Virus record (IMG/VR): IMGVR_UViG_3300037137_000232 | Strand: one strand, 5' to 3' | DNA length: 20,000 nucleotides | DNA from: an uncultured virus (IMG/VR IMGVR_UViG_3300037137_000232) | Taxonomy: Duplodnaviria; Heunggongvirae; Uroviricota; Caudoviricetes | Shown here: positions 1 through 10,870 of the stretch, one piece after another | How the letters are laid out: each line of letters starts with the position of its first letter | How positions within the stretch are numbered: the stretch's first letter is position 1 | Position numbers and translations under genes: made by a program | The notes under the pieces: generated by a model | Database searches by the model: none | The model's input: the letters and a program-made list of their open reading frames with translations, nothing else | Told to the model about the DNA's origin: nothing

Positions 1-56
1 CACGCCTTGACATTGGCATTCCCCAGTGCTGTGACAATCGTCTCACGTGGAATCAT
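1..56 (-). CDS. 5' end of a gene running off the left edge; possible endolysin (lambda-R/GH104-like N-terminus)
   Basis: ATG at 56-54 preceded by AAGG, 10 nt after the holin-like stop. It reads MIPRETIVTALGNANVKA..., resembling the 'L.N.NV.A' start of lambda-type lysozymes, and follows a holin-like gene. Only 18 codons are visible. Confidence 0.35.
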   Translation of the reverse strand, partial: MIPRETIVTALGNANVKA

Positions 57-66
57 TTATTCGCCT

Positions 67-342
67 TTACGCTGCCGGTTTGATTGAGTACCCATGTTTA
101 CTAATGCACGTGGACTCAATCCAGATAACTCGTTTGTCTAGTGCATGCTGCATTTCTCGAAGCTTGCTGACCTCCGAAGCCAAAAGATCACGAATCGCTT
201 CAAGAGCCGTATCTTGTCTGCCCATTCGCTTAACGAATTGACGTATAAAATATAACGCCAAAGATAAAGTCATCCCACCAATGGCAATGAGTAACCAAAT
301 AGCGAAATGCAAAAGTTCAAGCGCATGTTGTTCCACTTTCAA
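67..342 (-). CDS. holin-like membrane protein (one N-terminal TM helix plus coiled coil)
   Basis: 91 aa, TTG start with GAGAGGGG RBS. Hydrophobic stretch FAIWLLIAIGGMTLSLALYFI is followed by heptad-like LEAIRDLLASEVSKLREMQHALDKRV. Lies directly upstream of the putative endolysin. Confidence 0.5.
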   Translation of the reverse strand: MKVEQHALELLHFAIWLLIAIGGMTLSLALYFIRQFVKRMGRQDTALEAIRDLLASEVSKLREMQHALDKRVIWIESTCISKHGYSIKPAA

Positions 343-349
343 ACCCCTC

Positions 350-3300
350 TCATTTTATATTAGCAAATGAATAGCGATCCAGTTGAGGAAGATAACGTGG
401 CAACGCGGGAATGTCGGATTCAGTAGCACCTGCAATTGCACGTTGCTTGGCACGCAACATCATCCCCGCAGCGGGGTCAATATGCAATGCCGGGTTCTGC
501 ATATTGAACAGCATCACAGCCTGCAACTCTTTCGTTGTATCTTCGCCATTCTCCTGTGCGCGGTAAAAGTTGTTTGAGAGGACAGTTTTTTGTTGTTTCA
601 ACAACCCAATACGTTGTTGAAACGCGAAGTTCACTTCAGACTGCTCGGCCTTCACTGACGGAGTAAACCCAAATGCTTGCGACACCGTAGCCCACGGTGT
701 GACTTCGATAGGCAGCCGATTGCCTGTGGATGTGGTGTACCCCTGCTCCTGCATCTTTTCGGCCTTGACCGGCCCCTTTAACGCAAGCGGGAGCATGTCG
801 ATCAGACCATCCATGACCTGACCATCCATCATTTTTCCAAGTCCTACGAATGCTGAAGTACCGGCACTCACTGCCGGGCCAAGCAAATTGAATGCACCAC
901 TTTCCATTTTGTTCTTAATGTCACGGCGATCCGCCATGAATCTCGAACCCGGCAGAAGGTCTTGCAACCCCATGCGCCCACCTGTATCGAAGCCGAGCAC
1001 TGCGCGCGGTACACCATGCGCGATGCCTTCTGCCAGTTCTTTCCCGAATACGTCGGCAAGCCACCCACGATATGCCGTCTTACTATCAGTTGGGTTGTTC
1101 CCATCACTGGCAAGATCGGACACCCTATCCACCAGAGCACTGATCGCAGTAGCCAATGGCAGCCCCAACGTACCGGCAATGATGCTCGTGGTGGTGAGCA
1201 CACCAGCAAGCGCCTTGAACCCTGCTACACGGTCCTCATGGCTCGCGTGAGGAGACACTGCATCAGCAGTCAGTCGAATCAGCAACTCCATCGTCTGAAA
1301 CGAATACTGTTGGAACGACGCGAGCAACGGTGTTACTTTCCCTGCCAAACCATGACGACCAAGCGCACGCGCGGTGTTATTGTCGTTGTAGTTGAACTGT
1401 GTTTCGCGCACAGTGTCGATGGCGTAACGCGAAGCAAATTCATCCGTCTTACCACGCCGAATCGCCAAGTTGTACGCCGTCAACCCGGCGGTCAACCTGT
1501 TAATCACTTCAGTGTAGTGACTCCCCGCACTCAACATCTTGGTCGCAACCATCTGCCGTGAGTCAACACCTGATGCCATGCGACCAAGCTCGTGGCCTTG
1601 CGTCGTATCAAGCTGTCCGGAATCGAGCAGCTTCTGCACGAACGCACGTTCCTGCGGCAACAACCCGGACTTCTCAAGCGGAAGTGATAAGTCAAGCACA
1701 CCGCGAATTGCACCGTGCATGCCACCGAGTTCCTGCCCTTGGTTCCATCCAGACTCAATGGCGCTCTTCACCAACTTGAATGACTTGGCGCTCGACACAC
1801 CCATCTCTTTCGCGGTGGCAATGAACCCATACCGACTGCCGATCACTGGTAATGTCAAGTGATACGGTTGCACCATGTTCGTCAACCAGAACGCCGGGCT
1901 GAATGCGAGAAAATAGTTGAATCCGAACGACTTCAATACGTCGATATTCGGTGATACCACAGGACTCATGCTGTTCGAGAAACGACGGCTCATCTCCGTC
2001 ATCACCTCTTCCGCATAATCCGCATGCTCCGGTCCACCTACGCCCACTTCACGTAGCTTGTCGATTGTCTGCTTCATCGAACCGAATGCTTCATCGTACT
2101 TCGGCATCGCATACCCATTGGCAACCATCGACGCCATGCCCTCCGCACGCTTGGAGAAGTTGCGCACGAAGTCCGCATCTGCGCCGGGTACGCCTGTACC
2201 CTTACGTTGTGCGAGCGCCTTTTGCGCCGACGAATCCGGAAGCGCATCGAGATACTGACGCTTCAAGTACGCACGCATGTCGGCTTTATCTTTACCCGCA
2301 AATTGCGGATCAGAGTCGATACGTGCCAACAGGTTGTGCACGAATTTCGGCACACCCTGCATGTGGTTCATTGAGTCGGAATCATGCAAACTGCCTGCAC
2401 GCAAGAACTCCTGCGGAACGCTGTTGGGCATAGCGAGCAACTTGGCATACGCAGCACTCCGTTGTGCCGGATTCTCGAATCGCAGCATCACGGTGCGATC
2501 AGCATTCGGTAGGTTAATGACCTTACCGAATGGCTGAATTGCCTGTTGCATGGCTCCCCAATGCTGTGCTCCATCCGCAACTTTGTACGAGATGAAGTAT
2601 TCACCAGAGCGACCCAAGTGCATATACGGGTTGCTGACAGCCGTCAAATAATACTTCTCGATGTCACGCACACTCGCGCGCAAATTTCCTTTGTCGCCTT
2701 GCACCGCCATCGCGTCAGTCAGCGTCTTGCGCACAAGCTTGTCGAGATTATCCGAATACGGATCGAAGTAATAATCAGGACGCGAGTTCGTACCTTCACC
2801 CAACGCTTTATTGCCGATGGCAAGAACGTCAATCATCTTCTGCAGTTGCGGCGACTTATCGGAGTAGATGCGCAACGTGTCACGTAGCATCATCGCCGTG
2901 TGTTGGATGTAGTTCTTCCGAAACACACGGAACGACTCCTCGAACGGTTTCCGAAACTCTTCAGGCAACTGCTTATACTCTGCGATTCGTTGGGCGATGT
3001 ACCCCTTGTTCGATGGGTCGATCTTCGGATTCAAGTGCATGTTCTCGCCGTAACTCTTCGAGAAATCTACACCCAATGTAGTTGAATCATACGCGAACTC
3101 CATCAACTGCCTATTCATACTTTCGCGTCGTGACGCGGGCAGCTTTGACAATGCCAGTTGCAGCGGCATCGTCACTGCGTTGCTAAACTCAAGTTGTTTC
3201 GTCTGACGCATCATTCCCTTGATGTCATCAGCATTCATGTACGCGTGCATGCCCGGCACAAGTGTGCGTAGTGCAGGAACCTTGTCCACCCACTTTGCCA

Positions 3301-6300
3301 TGTTGAACGTCGTAGACGCCTGCCACAAGAACGCACGAGTCTTGCCACCAAGCGTACCGAGAGACGCATGATTCGCAATAAGTTCATCCCACTTGCTCAC
3401 CAGTGCGCGCCCTGCAGAATCAGTCTGTGCTGCCGCACCAGTAGCCGAATGATCGTACGACAAACCTTCAGCCGCGCCAAAACGTGAGTCACCCAAGAAC
3501 GACTTCGAGATCGAGACCGCCTTGTTCAACGCGTTGGTGTCGTATGGTGAGAAGCCAAGCAGTTCGCGCACCCAATCAACGAATTTACGCAATCCGCTAC
3601 GCGCATCGTAGGACTGAGTATCAAGCCACGCTTGAAACTTCTCGTTCGACAGTGCTTCAGCAACGAATTCCTTTTCATTCGCGAACGCCTTATCAAAACC
3701 TGAACCACGCTTCTTCATCTCAGCCATGAACGAGCGCAGATCGGTCAGCGAAGCCATGGCTGCCTTTTCTTCGGCAGTGTGCTGCCCGACTACCTTCTTC
3801 AGCGCAGCTTCTGCCAACAGAATCTTGCTCACCGTCGCTGCATGCGTCGTCTCGTGCACAATCGTGTGCGGATTCTCACCACCCGTGTAGATGTTAACCG
3901 TGTCAGTCTTGTGGTTGTACCGACCATAAACACGATCCCCATTGGCATCAGTAGCAGCTTCGTCAAGCACTTTGACTTTTGTTTTCAGATCGAGAAGCTG
4001 CAATGACGAAGCCATATACCGCATCCAGTCCGATGTCGCAGTATCGGCCAGATGCGACAACGTACCGCTAAGATCACCTCCCTTCAGAACTTCAGCAATG
4101 GCAGGTGAGTAGCTATAGTTCGGAAGTTGCGACTGCGCATACTCGAACCCCGGATCAAGCTTGGCCAAACGCGTTATTTCCGCAAGTGCTGCAGCATCAA
4201 TCACAACCTTATTAGGTGGAATACCTTTCTCGGCTGACACACGCATACGATATGCCTGCTCATACCTATTCATCAAATCTTCAGTGGTAGCCTGCGCCTT
4301 TTCACGCACACTCGCATTCACATCGTAAATGCGTTCCAACTGCGCGACTCTACCTTCACGAATGGGTTTACCTTGTGCGTCAGGGATAGGACGCCCCAAT
4401 GCGTCTGTCACAATCCGCCCACTGCTCTCAGCCGTGTTTTCCGCAAGTTGTGCGTCTTGTGGTGAATACTGCCGCAGCCAATCAATTGCATCTCGCGCGT
4501 TGGCCATCAACATTTTCGGATCGAGCTTCTCTTGAGAAAGCATCGGGGTAATATGCGCACCGGTTGGTTCCCCGGCAGCCATGTCCTTCGCCTTCATATA
4601 GTCCATCACCCACGTGCGATTACCCGAACTACCGCGCGATTCATTCGGATCGTAGTGATGAAGCTCGAAATAAAACTTGTAGTTCGGCGTGACGTTGCGT
4701 TGTTCCACTTCCGGTACTGTCGGTCCAATCCTCGCCGCCTTACTGCGCGCAATGTCCTGCTTGCGCATTGGCTTGAAATCGGGCGTCTCGTACGAGACCG
4801 GGCCGGACGGCACTGTGCGGGTGAAATCGCCCCACGGTACACTCTCACCGGTTGAGTGAACAACCACCTCTTTGGGCGCAGCGACCGGCGCTCTGGAAGC
4901 CACGGGAGGAGGCATTTTGGCAACCTCGGCAACCGGCGCTGCATTGAGCAGTCCTACTACTTCAGGCGTTGCGGCGGGGGCTTTGGCATTCCCCGGTGGG
5001 CGTTGCTCAATGACGCCGCCACCGCCTGATTCTGCGGGTGCCCCGCCGCCACCATTTCCTTGATGTTCTTCGACACTACCGCTTGGGATGACCCCCTCTG
5101 CAACGGCATTTGGCTTCTCCTTGGTTAACAGGGCTTCTTGCCCTTGCCCCCCGGCTTCGGCATTCCTTTTCCCTTCGGCATTGGCATTGGCATTTTGCTC
5201 ATTGAAATTCTCCAGTTTTGTAACGAGTGCATCCATCGTGTCGCGGCTGACCGTGCCACGCTTCATCGCATCACGCGCAGCGCGCAACGCGTTCAGTTGC
5301 TGCATCCACAACTTCTTGCCATCAGCAGTCTTGACTGCCATCTCGACACGCTTAAAGTTCTGACCCTTCAGCACAGACACGTCTATACCGGCGTCAGTGG
5401 CGGCTTTCTCCCACGTGCGCATCAGATCGGAATGTGCAACCGGCGTGTTGCCGTTGATCTTCCCCGCCATGGCGTCGTCGGCGAGTCTGTTCGCGGCTGC
5501 AATGCGCGCCTGTGCATCAAGCAACACCGTATGCTTCGCTGCGGGATTCGTCCCCACCCCGCCGGGTTTCGGCGGCACAGGCTCATGCACAGCCGCAACA
5601 CGCTGCGCATACGCGGCATCAGTCTCCAATGCTTTCTTGCCGCCCGCGCGCTCGAACGCTGCTTCCATCGCGGTACCACCACCGCCACCACCGCCACCGG
5701 GCGGGGGCTTGCCACCACCCTGATCGTCGAGCGGAGACGGACGTTCGCCGGGCTTGCGATTCATTACCGGCATGAGGTCGAGTTCGCCTTGGTTCGGATT
5801 CGTGTGTGGGAACGGAAGTGCTTCACCCACATCGGTTGATCCACCCTGACGTGGCGACGGTTCAAGCTTGAAATTGTCCGGATTGAACGGAGACTCGCGT
5901 CCGTGCCAATAGCTGTTATCGAGCGTGAGTTGGCCCTGCCCTTCGGAGGACGTGGCGGGAGCGGAAGCTTCCGGGGCCATCGTGGACATATCGTTCGGAT
6001 TACGCCAACGATCCGCTTCCTGTGGAAGCAGCGAACGCAAGTATCCAACATAGCTTGCGCGCAGCACACCCTCATTCAGTTTAGTCTCGCCCTTCTTGCC
6101 AAACGGCAGATTCTGCTGTTTGATGAAATCCGTGGTGAACTCCGAGAACGATTGCGCGCCTTTAGGTGGATTGGCAAGCAACACACGATCTTCCGCAGCA
6201 CGTTGTGCCTTGGCGTTCGCAACAGCCATTTTCTGACCTTGCTCCACCTGCTTTTCACGAGCAGCAACCGCTTCCTGCTGCGCTTGCTGATCCTTAATTC

Positions 6301-7420
6301 GCTGCTTCTCAGCTTCACTATGGTTCGATGCTTCGAGCGCATTCATCCGCCACTCGCGTGCTTCGTCCTTCCCAACAAGAGGTTCAAGCTGCGGCACCAG
6401 TTCACGCGTTGCCGCCTGAATCTGCAATGGGGTTGATTCCGGATTCTCGGCGATCTTGATAAGCGATGCGTTACGTTGCTGATGCACGTAATGTGTCATA
6501 GCACCAATCGGTGCAAGAATGCCCGTTAACGCAAGCATCGGCCCAATGGACGATGTGGCAGCGTCCCATGGCGAAGTAGATGGCAACCCGGCCTGCCCTT
6601 CAAGCGCCGCCGTTCCGGCAGCTTGGGTCATGCCCGCGCTCACCTGCACACCTGTGTTGGTTGCAAGTTCGCGCGCAAATGACTTGATGAACTCTGGTTC
6701 ACGTATCTTGGCGAGCGCCTCTGGCACACCGTACGTGCGGCCGAGCACGCGCGGGATCATGCGCTCCGCACCACTGATGAACCGACCGCCAAGACCCACT
6801 CCTACGGTCTGCACGGCAGCCGTAAGCGCCCCTTCCTGCCGCGCGAGAGTCTTGGCCTCATCCTCGGACTTCCCCGCCGCTTTGGCTCGCTCGTACGCTT
6901 CCTGTGCTGCTTGTGTACCAAAGGCCAATCCGCCGAGCGCACCACCCCCGATGGCTGCTACCCCCGCCGGAGCACCGAGAGCGGCCAGTGCAGGTACCGC
7001 CGCCATCGCCCCAAGGGTCGGCGCAACCATCTCCGCACCCTTAGTAAGCGCCCCCACAACCGCGCCATGTGCGTCAGGGTTCACATCCTCGGCGATCCCC
7101 GCCTCGCGGAGCTTGGCACGACTTACCAACCCAGTGCCAATATCATGCAGCGTGTCACCGGGTTGCCCGGTGTACTGCATGATCTGCCCGGCCATGGTAG
7201 GAATACCCACCGTAGCACCACGCACCAAACCCGCGCCGATCTCACCCAACGCACCACGCGGTTTATTCTCTAATTCTATTTGCTTATCTATCCACGCTTT
7301 CTGTGAATCAGAAAGCTTGTCGTATGCAGACAACTTTGGAACCGGTGGCTCAACCGGTTTTGGCATTAAGGGGATCGGCATCGACAGATATTGGTCGATG
7401 CTTGGCAAGTCCAATGGCAT
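350..7420 (-). CDS. giant internal virion / DNA-ejection polyvalent protein with zincin-like metallopeptidase motif and PLxRFG-like C-terminal region
   Basis: 2356-aa ORF. Gly/Ala-rich hydrophobic N-terminal helices typical of podophage ejected proteins, then Pro/Gly low-complexity linkers. YGRYN...TIVHETTHA...EFVAEA (HExxH at about aa 1189); [11 protein letters not shown] (about aa 1598); C-terminal TQFNY..N.AR...ASFQQYS. Positioned after the adaptor and a smaller internal protein. Confidence 0.8.
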   Translation of the reverse strand: MPLDLPSIDQYLSMPIPLMPKPVEPPVPKLSAYDKLSDSQKAWIDKQIELENKPRGALGEIGAGLVRGATVGIPTMAGQIMQYTGQPGDTLHDIGTGLVSRAKLREAGIAEDVNPDAHGAVVGALTKGAEMVAPTLGAMAAVPALAALGAPAGVAAIGGGALGGLAFGTQAAQEAYERAKAAGKSEDEAKTLARQEGALTAAVQTVGVGLGGRFISGAERMIPRVLGRTYGVPEALAKIREPEFIKSFARELATNTGVQVSAGMTQAAGTAALEGQAGLPSTSPWDAATSSIGPMLALTGILAPIGAMTHYVHQQRNASLIKIAENPESTPLQIQAATRELVPQLEPLVGKDEAREWRMNALEASNHSEAEKQRIKDQQAQQEAVAAREKQVEQGQKMAVANAKAQRAAEDRVLLANPPKGAQSFSEFTTDFIKQQNLPFGKKGETKLNEGVLRASYVGYLRSLLPQEADRWRNPNDMSTMAPEASAPATSSEGQGQLTLDNSYWHGRESPFNPDNFKLEPSPRQGGSTDVGEALPFPHTNPNQGELDLMPVMNRKPGERPSPLDDQGGGKPPPGGGGGGGGTAMEAAFERAGGKKALETDAAYAQRVAAVHEPVPPKPGGVGTNPAAKHTVLLDAQARIAAANRLADDAMAGKINGNTPVAHSDLMRTWEKAATDAGIDVSVLKGQNFKRVEMAVKTADGKKLWMQQLNALRAARDAMKRGTVSRDTMDALVTKLENFNEQNANANAEGKRNAEAGGQGQEALLTKEKPNAVAEGVIPSGSVEEHQGNGGGGAPAESGGGGVIEQRPPGNAKAPAATPEVVGLLNAAPVAEVAKMPPPVASRAPVAAPKEVVVHSTGESVPWGDFTRTVPSGPVSYETPDFKPMRKQDIARSKAARIGPTVPEVEQRNVTPNYKFYFELHHYDPNESRGSSGNRTWVMDYMKAKDMAAGEPTGAHITPMLSQEKLDPKMLMANARDAIDWLRQYSPQDAQLAENTAESSGRIVTDALGRPIPDAQGKPIREGRVAQLERIYDVNASVREKAQATTEDLMNRYEQAYRMRVSAEKGIPPNKVVIDAAALAEITRLAKLDPGFEYAQSQLPNYSYSPAIAEVLKGGDLSGTLSHLADTATSDWMRYMASSLQLLDLKTKVKVLDEAATDANGDRVYGRYNHKTDTVNIYTGGENPHTIVHETTHAATVSKILLAEAALKKVVGQHTAEEKAAMASLTDLRSFMAEMKKRGSGFDKAFANEKEFVAEALSNEKFQAWLDTQSYDARSGLRKFVDWVRELLGFSPYDTNALNKAVSISKSFLGDSRFGAAEGLSYDHSATGAAAQTDSAGRALVSKWDELIANHASLGTLGGKTRAFLWQASTTFNMAKWVDKVPALRTLVPGMHAYMNADDIKGMMRQTKQLEFSNAVTMPLQLALSKLPASRRESMNRQLMEFAYDSTTLGVDFSKSYGENMHLNPKIDPSNKGYIAQRIAEYKQLPEEFRKPFEESFRVFRKNYIQHTAMMLRDTLRIYSDKSPQLQKMIDVLAIGNKALGEGTNSRPDYYFDPYSDNLDKLVRKTLTDAMAVQGDKGNLRASVRDIEKYYLTAVSNPYMHLGRSGEYFISYKVADGAQHWGAMQQAIQPFGKVINLPNADRTVMLRFENPAQRSAAYAKLLAMPNSVPQEFLRAGSLHDSDSMNHMQGVPKFVHNLLARIDSDPQFAGKDKADMRAYLKRQYLDALPDSSAQKALAQRKGTGVPGADADFVRNFSKRAEGMASMVANGYAMPKYDEAFGSMKQTIDKLREVGVGGPEHADYAEEVMTEMSRRFSNSMSPVVSPNIDVLKSFGFNYFLAFSPAFWLTNMVQPYHLTLPVIGSRYGFIATAKEMGVSSAKSFKLVKSAIESGWNQGQELGGMHGAIRGVLDLSLPLEKSGLLPQERAFVQKLLDSGQLDTTQGHELGRMASGVDSRQMVATKMLSAGSHYTEVINRLTAGLTAYNLAIRRGKTDEFASRYAIDTVRETQFNYNDNNTARALGRHGLAGKVTPLLASFQQYSFQTMELLIRLTADAVSPHASHEDRVAGFKALAGVLTTTSIIAGTLGLPLATAISALVDRVSDLASDGNNPTDSKTAYRGWLADVFGKELAEGIAHGVPRAVLGFDTGGRMGLQDLLPGSRFMADRRDIKNKMESGAFNLLGPAVSAGTSAFVGLGKMMDGQVMDGLIDMLPLALKGPVKAEKMQEQGYTTSTGNRLPIEVTPWATVSQAFGFTPSVKAEQSEVNFAFQQRIGLLKQQKTVLSNNFYRAQENGEDTTKELQAVMLFNMQNPALHIDPAAGMMLRAKQRAIAGATESDIPALPRYLPQLDRYSFANIK

Positions 7421-7421
7421 C

Positions 7422-8507
7422 CTAGTGCCCCTGTACTTGGTCGAGCCGAGAATTACGTCGTGCTGCTGATGTTGGGTCTTGCGCCTTGAAATCCTCTGCT
7501 GTTATATGGACAGGATTACCTAGCGCATCACGTGTAAACACTGAACCCGGCTGCGACATGTCAGGAACAAGTGGTGCAATTCTTGGCAGTGGTGGGAACC
7601 GCGATTCGTGCGCAATACTGCGCATTGCCTCGGCATTACCTGCTTTCGCTTCTTGCGCGTAGCGTTGTCCCCGCACAATATCTTCAAGATGTGGCAACGC
7701 TGCCAACTCATGCCCACGTGCTTGTGTAGCGATTTCATGCGCACGTAACAGGTTCGACGCAACATTCTGTTCGCCTTCCCGCTGTACACGTTGCGCACCA
7801 CTCAAAGCCAACGAGGTTGAAGCTGCGGCATGTTCAGCACCAGAATTTGCTGCCATTACAGAAGTCATGTCACCAATCAGCCGCGCCCTATTACGCAACA
7901 TCGTACGACCACGCAACCGATCCACGATACCCGGCGATGCAAGCAGCGGTTGCGCTTCACGTTCGTAGTTGTCGATCATGTTGAACATATGTGGATGGAT
8001 CATCCCCATCCCACCACCGTACGCAGGCGCAGATGTGGGTGCTGCAACTGCACCTTCACCGAAATTCCGCACTCTTGAAAGAAACCCCGGCACTGACGGC
8101 AGCGGCGAACCTTTGCGCTGTAAATCATCAAGACCGGCCGCGCCCATGTTGGTGAACAACGGCGACTGCCCTCTGGCGTCGATTCGTGTCACACCTGACG
8201 ACACAGTAGGTTGCATTGTGTACGGCAATCCGGTTGTGGACACACCACTATCAGAACCTGCAGGCAATCCCGCGATGGAAGGCGCTCCTGCAGCCGCAAC
8301 ACCACGCTCCGTACCCCTCAACCCACCGGGTAGTTGAGATGCAGCATCAGCTTTCATACTCACCGCCGCATTCACGGCATTCTGTGTAACCGCAGGTGGT
8401 TGTGCCGCAGGTGGCGCAAGCTCGCCACTTGTATTCATGTTGTCGGGGCTATTACGAAGTGCCCACGTAATAGCATTCAGCCCCGGAACTACATCATAAA
8501 AAGCCAT
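7422..8507 (-). CDS. probable internal virion (ejection) protein
   Basis: 361 aa, Ala/Pro/Gly/Gln-rich and largely low-complexity or helical. Sits between the adaptor and the giant protein with 1-nt gaps on both sides. Confidence 0.55.
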   Translation of the reverse strand: MAFYDVVPGLNAITWALRNSPDNMNTSGELAPPAAQPPAVTQNAVNAAVSMKADAASQLPGGLRGTERGVAAAGAPSIAGLPAGSDSGVSTTGLPYTMQPTVSSGVTRIDARGQSPLFTNMGAAGLDDLQRKGSPLPSVPGFLSRVRNFGEGAVAAPTSAPAYGGGMGMIHPHMFNMIDNYEREAQPLLASPGIVDRLRGRTMLRNRARLIGDMTSVMAANSGAEHAAASTSLALSGAQRVQREGEQNVASNLLRAHEIATQARGHELAALPHLEDIVRGQRYAQEAKAGNAEAMRSIAHESRFPPLPRIAPLVPDMSQPGSVFTRDALGNPVHITAEDFKAQDPTSAARRNSRLDQVQGH

Positions 8508-8508
8508 G

Positions 8509-9261
8509 TCAGTTGTCCCAAGTGAACCCGTTTTGACCGAACTCGAATCGTATCGGGGCCGACATCTTCCGGCGAATGTCCCTCAACGCTTCTGCAATCG
8601 CATCAGTGAATCGCTTCTCGTGATCCGCTGCTGCCGCTGAATGCCCATCAATATCCGACGTGCGCAATGCGCGATACGCTGCCCATTCAAGCATATCTAG
8701 TTGATGATCTTCATCAAGCTCACAATCCATGTCCATCGTGTCGAGCGTGAAACGGTCGAGCGGCAACCGCGCAACGCGGATGTACACGAGCTTGCCTGCC
8801 TCGCTCGCACTCGGAGCCGGGTACACCGTGAGCGTCACCGCCTTGGTGTCAACATCCAAAGTTTCGTCCGTAGAGAACGCAATTGGAGTACCGGGATTAA
8901 GTTGTGCCGCCGTGGCCGGGTCGAACCACGCCGGGTCTTGCTTCGAGATCACATTGATTCGCGCGCGACCCACACGCACAAGATCAGCCGTCTGCACGTC
9001 ATAGCGCCCGGATACCACCGCAAGCACACTCGAATGCAGCACATACGAAGAGACGCCAGTCGCCAATGTGACTTGCGTCACTTCCGGTGTACTGGCGTCT
9101 CGCAGCGAGAGCGTCTTTCGAGCGAATCGCTGCTGCGCATCGTTAATGTATCGAACTAGCGTTTCATCGGACCAGAGATGATCGTCAGGACCAGAAGCAA
9201 GTTCGGCATTGTCGCGGAGCAGGTTCTCTCGAAGCTCCGACAGGAGTTCTTCGAGGTTCAT
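8509..9261 (-). CDS. head-tail adaptor / connector protein
   Basis: 250 aa. N-terminal 'LREN.L.D...WSDE.L.RYINDAQ' and C-terminal 'L.WAAYRA...D' patterns are typical of podophage adaptors; located downstream of the head genes. Confidence 0.7.
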   Translation of the reverse strand: MNLEELLSELRENLLRDNAELASGPDDHLWSDETLVRYINDAQQRFARKTLSLRDASTPEVTQVTLATGVSSYVLHSSVLAVVSGRYDVQTADLVRVGRARINVISKQDPAWFDPATAAQLNPGTPIAFSTDETLDVDTKAVTLTVYPAPSASEAGKLVYIRVARLPLDRFTLDTMDMDCELDEDHQLDMLEWAAYRALRTSDIDGHSAAAADHEKRFTDAIAEALRDIRRKMSAPIRFEFGQNGFTWDN

Positions 9262-9267
9262 TGTTCG

Positions 9268-9618
9268 TTACGCCGCAGCCTCAGTGGCCACTTGCGCTTC
9301 CGTGAGGACCGTGTAGGGGAACCGCAATTTCTTGCGATAGCCGATGACCTGATTCGTGCTCGTGTCGATCTGCGGCACATCCTGTACTGCGTCATTGAGT
9401 ACATTGACGATACACTCCGGCACATGCGCGGGATCGCCCGGCTTCAGTACGAACGTGCGTCCATTGACTGAAATGAATTGCCCGGTCGGTGGAATGTTCT
9501 CATTCTCTTCAAGCCGAATCCAGATACGGCGTTCGGATACTTCCTGCTTCGCGCGGGACTTCAGCGGTTGCACTTCCTCGTCGGTTGCGAGCAGTTCGCC
9601 TACGCTTCTCTTGGTCAT
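9268..9618 (-). CDS. conserved phage hypothetical protein of the head module
   Basis: 116 aa, GAGGG RBS. The 'FISVNG....KPG....VPE.IVNVL' motif resembles small proteins found next to N4-type capsid genes (recalled, not searched). Confidence 0.6.
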   Translation of the reverse strand: MTKRSVGELLATDEEVQPLKSRAKQEVSERRIWIRLEENENIPPTGQFISVNGRTFVLKPGDPAHVPECIVNVLNDAVQDVPQIDTSTNQVIGYRKKLRFPYTVLTEAQVATEAAA

Positions 9619-9620
9619 GG

Positions 9621-9869
9621 TCAGTCACCCTCTTCGGTTGAACACGCCTCGTCGAACGCATCGGCGGCTTCGGAGTCGTCGGCTTTCAACGTCGGTAAAA
9701 TTTTGGTGATGAACGCGAGCGCCGTCTTGTCATCGGAGAACGCGTACTCCTTCCAAGGATTACTGTACATACCCTTGGAACTCTTGTTCTTGGCCATGAC
9801 CGCCGGATCACAAACCTCGACGGTATACCCGTTGGCCAATCTTTCCACCCGCATGACGGTCTCGCTCAT
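9621..9869 (-). CDS. hypothetical protein with acidic C-terminal tail
   Basis: 82 aa. ATGA overlap with the upstream gene; tail DDSEAADAFDEACSTEEGD. Confidence 0.65.
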   Translation of the reverse strand: MSETVMRVERLANGYTVEVCDPAVMAKNKSSKGMYSNPWKEYAFSDDKTALAFITKILPTLKADDSEAADAFDEACSTEEGD

Positions 9870-10036
9870 TTCTTTGCTCCGACCTTGTTGAGCGCGGGAT
9901 TCTTGCGCTTGGCTGCTGCGGACGCACCGCGCGCACCTGCAGCTAGAATAGCACCGGCACGTGCGACAGGGATGCCCTGTCTCGCTGCGATGCCCGCAGC
10001 GGCCTTCTTGAACCCCGGATGCGGCATACCGGCCAT
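9866..10036 (-). CDS. small, very basic Ala/Gly-rich protein (56 aa)
   Basis: Likely true start is ATG at 10036 with GAGGGG RBS; the track's 161-aa version overlaps the real 10080-10424 gene. Sequence MAGMPHPGFKKAAAGIAARQ...KRKNPALNKVGAKK has 11 K/R and no D/E. Confidence 0.7.
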   Translation of the reverse strand: MAGMPHPGFKKAAAGIAARQGIPVARAGAILAAGARGASAAAKRKNPALNKVGAKK

Positions 10037-10055
10037 GGTGTACCCCTCGAACGAC

Positions 10056-10073
10056 AGGGGGCCGAAGCCCCCT
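10056..10073 (-). other. intergenic GC-rich hairpin with C(UUCG)G tetraloop, no U-tract
   Basis: Minus strand reads AGGGGGC-TTCG-GCCCCCT, just after the stop of 10080-10424. Confidence 0.8.
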
Positions 10074-10079
10074 ACCGTC

Positions 10080-10424
10080 TTAGCCGAATGCGCGCCACGA
10101 GAACGACGACGAGACCGCGATGTCCGCAGCCTTGATCGTGAAACTCGTGCCGAGCGCCGACGTGGGCGCGTTGACCGTAATACCGGAGCCAACGTCGAGC
10201 GTGCGCGTGCCTGCTGCGATGGTGCGAACCGCGCTGTTCGCCGCCATGCCTTCGTACCACTGCAGCGTGATCCGGTTGGTGCGGTCCACCCACTCGATGT
10301 ACCGAGGAGTGAAGCCGACCGTGATGGTGGTATCCACCGCGCCACCGGCATCGGTCACGACTTGACCGACACTGAGGTCGATGATCCCACCCGCTTGCGT
10401 TTGCGAATTGGTTGTCAGGGCCAT
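10080..10424 (-). CDS. probable capsid decoration / minor head protein
   Basis: 114 aa, Thr/Gly/Val-rich beta-strand pattern. Strong AAGGA RBS in a leader nearly identical to that of the capsid gene. Confidence 0.55.
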   Translation of the reverse strand: MALTTNSQTQAGGIIDLSVGQVVTDAGGAVDTTITVGFTPRYIEWVDRTNRITLQWYEGMAANSAVRTIAAGTRTLDVGSGITVNAPTSALGTSFTIKAADIAVSSSFSWRAFG

Positions 10425-10446
10425 GATGTTTCCTTGAAAGGTTGAA
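10419..10446 (-). repeat. leader/RBS repeat, copy 1 (26 of 28 nt identical to 11923-11950)
   Basis: Minus strand TTCAACCTTTCAAGGAAACATCATGGCC. Confidence 0.85.
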
Positions 10447-10458
10447 TGTTGGGTTGGG

Positions 10459-10848
10459 TTACGCGGTCAGGATCGAGTTCCACGTGCCGCTGACCGCGCA
10501 GAAAAAGATCGCAGTCTTGTTCGCCGCCATGGCGAACGCGGTGTTGGCCGACAACGCGTTGATTGCGTCACCAAGCGAAGGGAACACGTTCATCGAATTG
10601 GCCCCAGCCGCGTTGATGACAATGACGGGAAAGCAACCTGCAACAGCGAGCGGCAGCTTCACCGAATCCGCTGCCGTGGCTACCGTCACCACACGATTGA
10701 CATGCTTCGTGAACGCGATTGCGTTGGCCTGACCACCACCCGCGAGTGCCACAATCGCATTCGTAGGATCGGTTTGGTCAAGTTGCATTTGCTTGTCGGC
10801 ATAATCCACCGACCGGGCATTGACATCAGCGGGAGTCATAATGGGCAT
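10459..10848 (-). CDS. probable capsid decoration / cement protein
   Basis: 129 aa immediately after the major capsid gene, AAGGAG RBS, Ala-rich beta pattern (DSVKLP...VIVINA.G.NS..VFP..GD.IN). Confidence 0.55.
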   Translation of the reverse strand: MPIMTPADVNARSVDYADKQMQLDQTDPTNAIVALAGGGQANAIAFTKHVNRVVTVATAADSVKLPLAVAGCFPVIVINAAGANSMNVFPSLGDAINALSANTAFAMAANKTAIFFCAVSGTWNSILTA

Positions 10849-10870
10849 ATCAATCTCCTTGGTTGAGGAC

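Noticed and set aside
5860..5920. [14 protein letters not shown] in the giant protein, resembling the YHG...F start of polyvalent ADP-ribosyltransferase domains
   Set aside because: It lies in a low-complexity linker and the later ART motifs (G.YF[ST], catalytic E) are not evident.
350..7420. Giant protein as an N4-like virion RNA polymerase or DarB-like helicase/methylase
   Set aside because: I found no polymerase, Walker/DExx helicase or methyltransferase motifs, and it is much shorter than N4 vRNAP.
6519..7469. 316-aa plus-strand ORF and the many other plus-strand ORFs over 1-19068
   Set aside because: They are antisense shadows of GC-rich minus-strand genes, with no RBS or family motifs; the minus strand is already fully tiled.
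10037..10351. N-terminal 105 aa of the track's 161-aa ORF 9866-10351
   Set aside because: Overlaps the better-supported 10080-10424 gene and the hairpin; the RBS supports a start at 10036.
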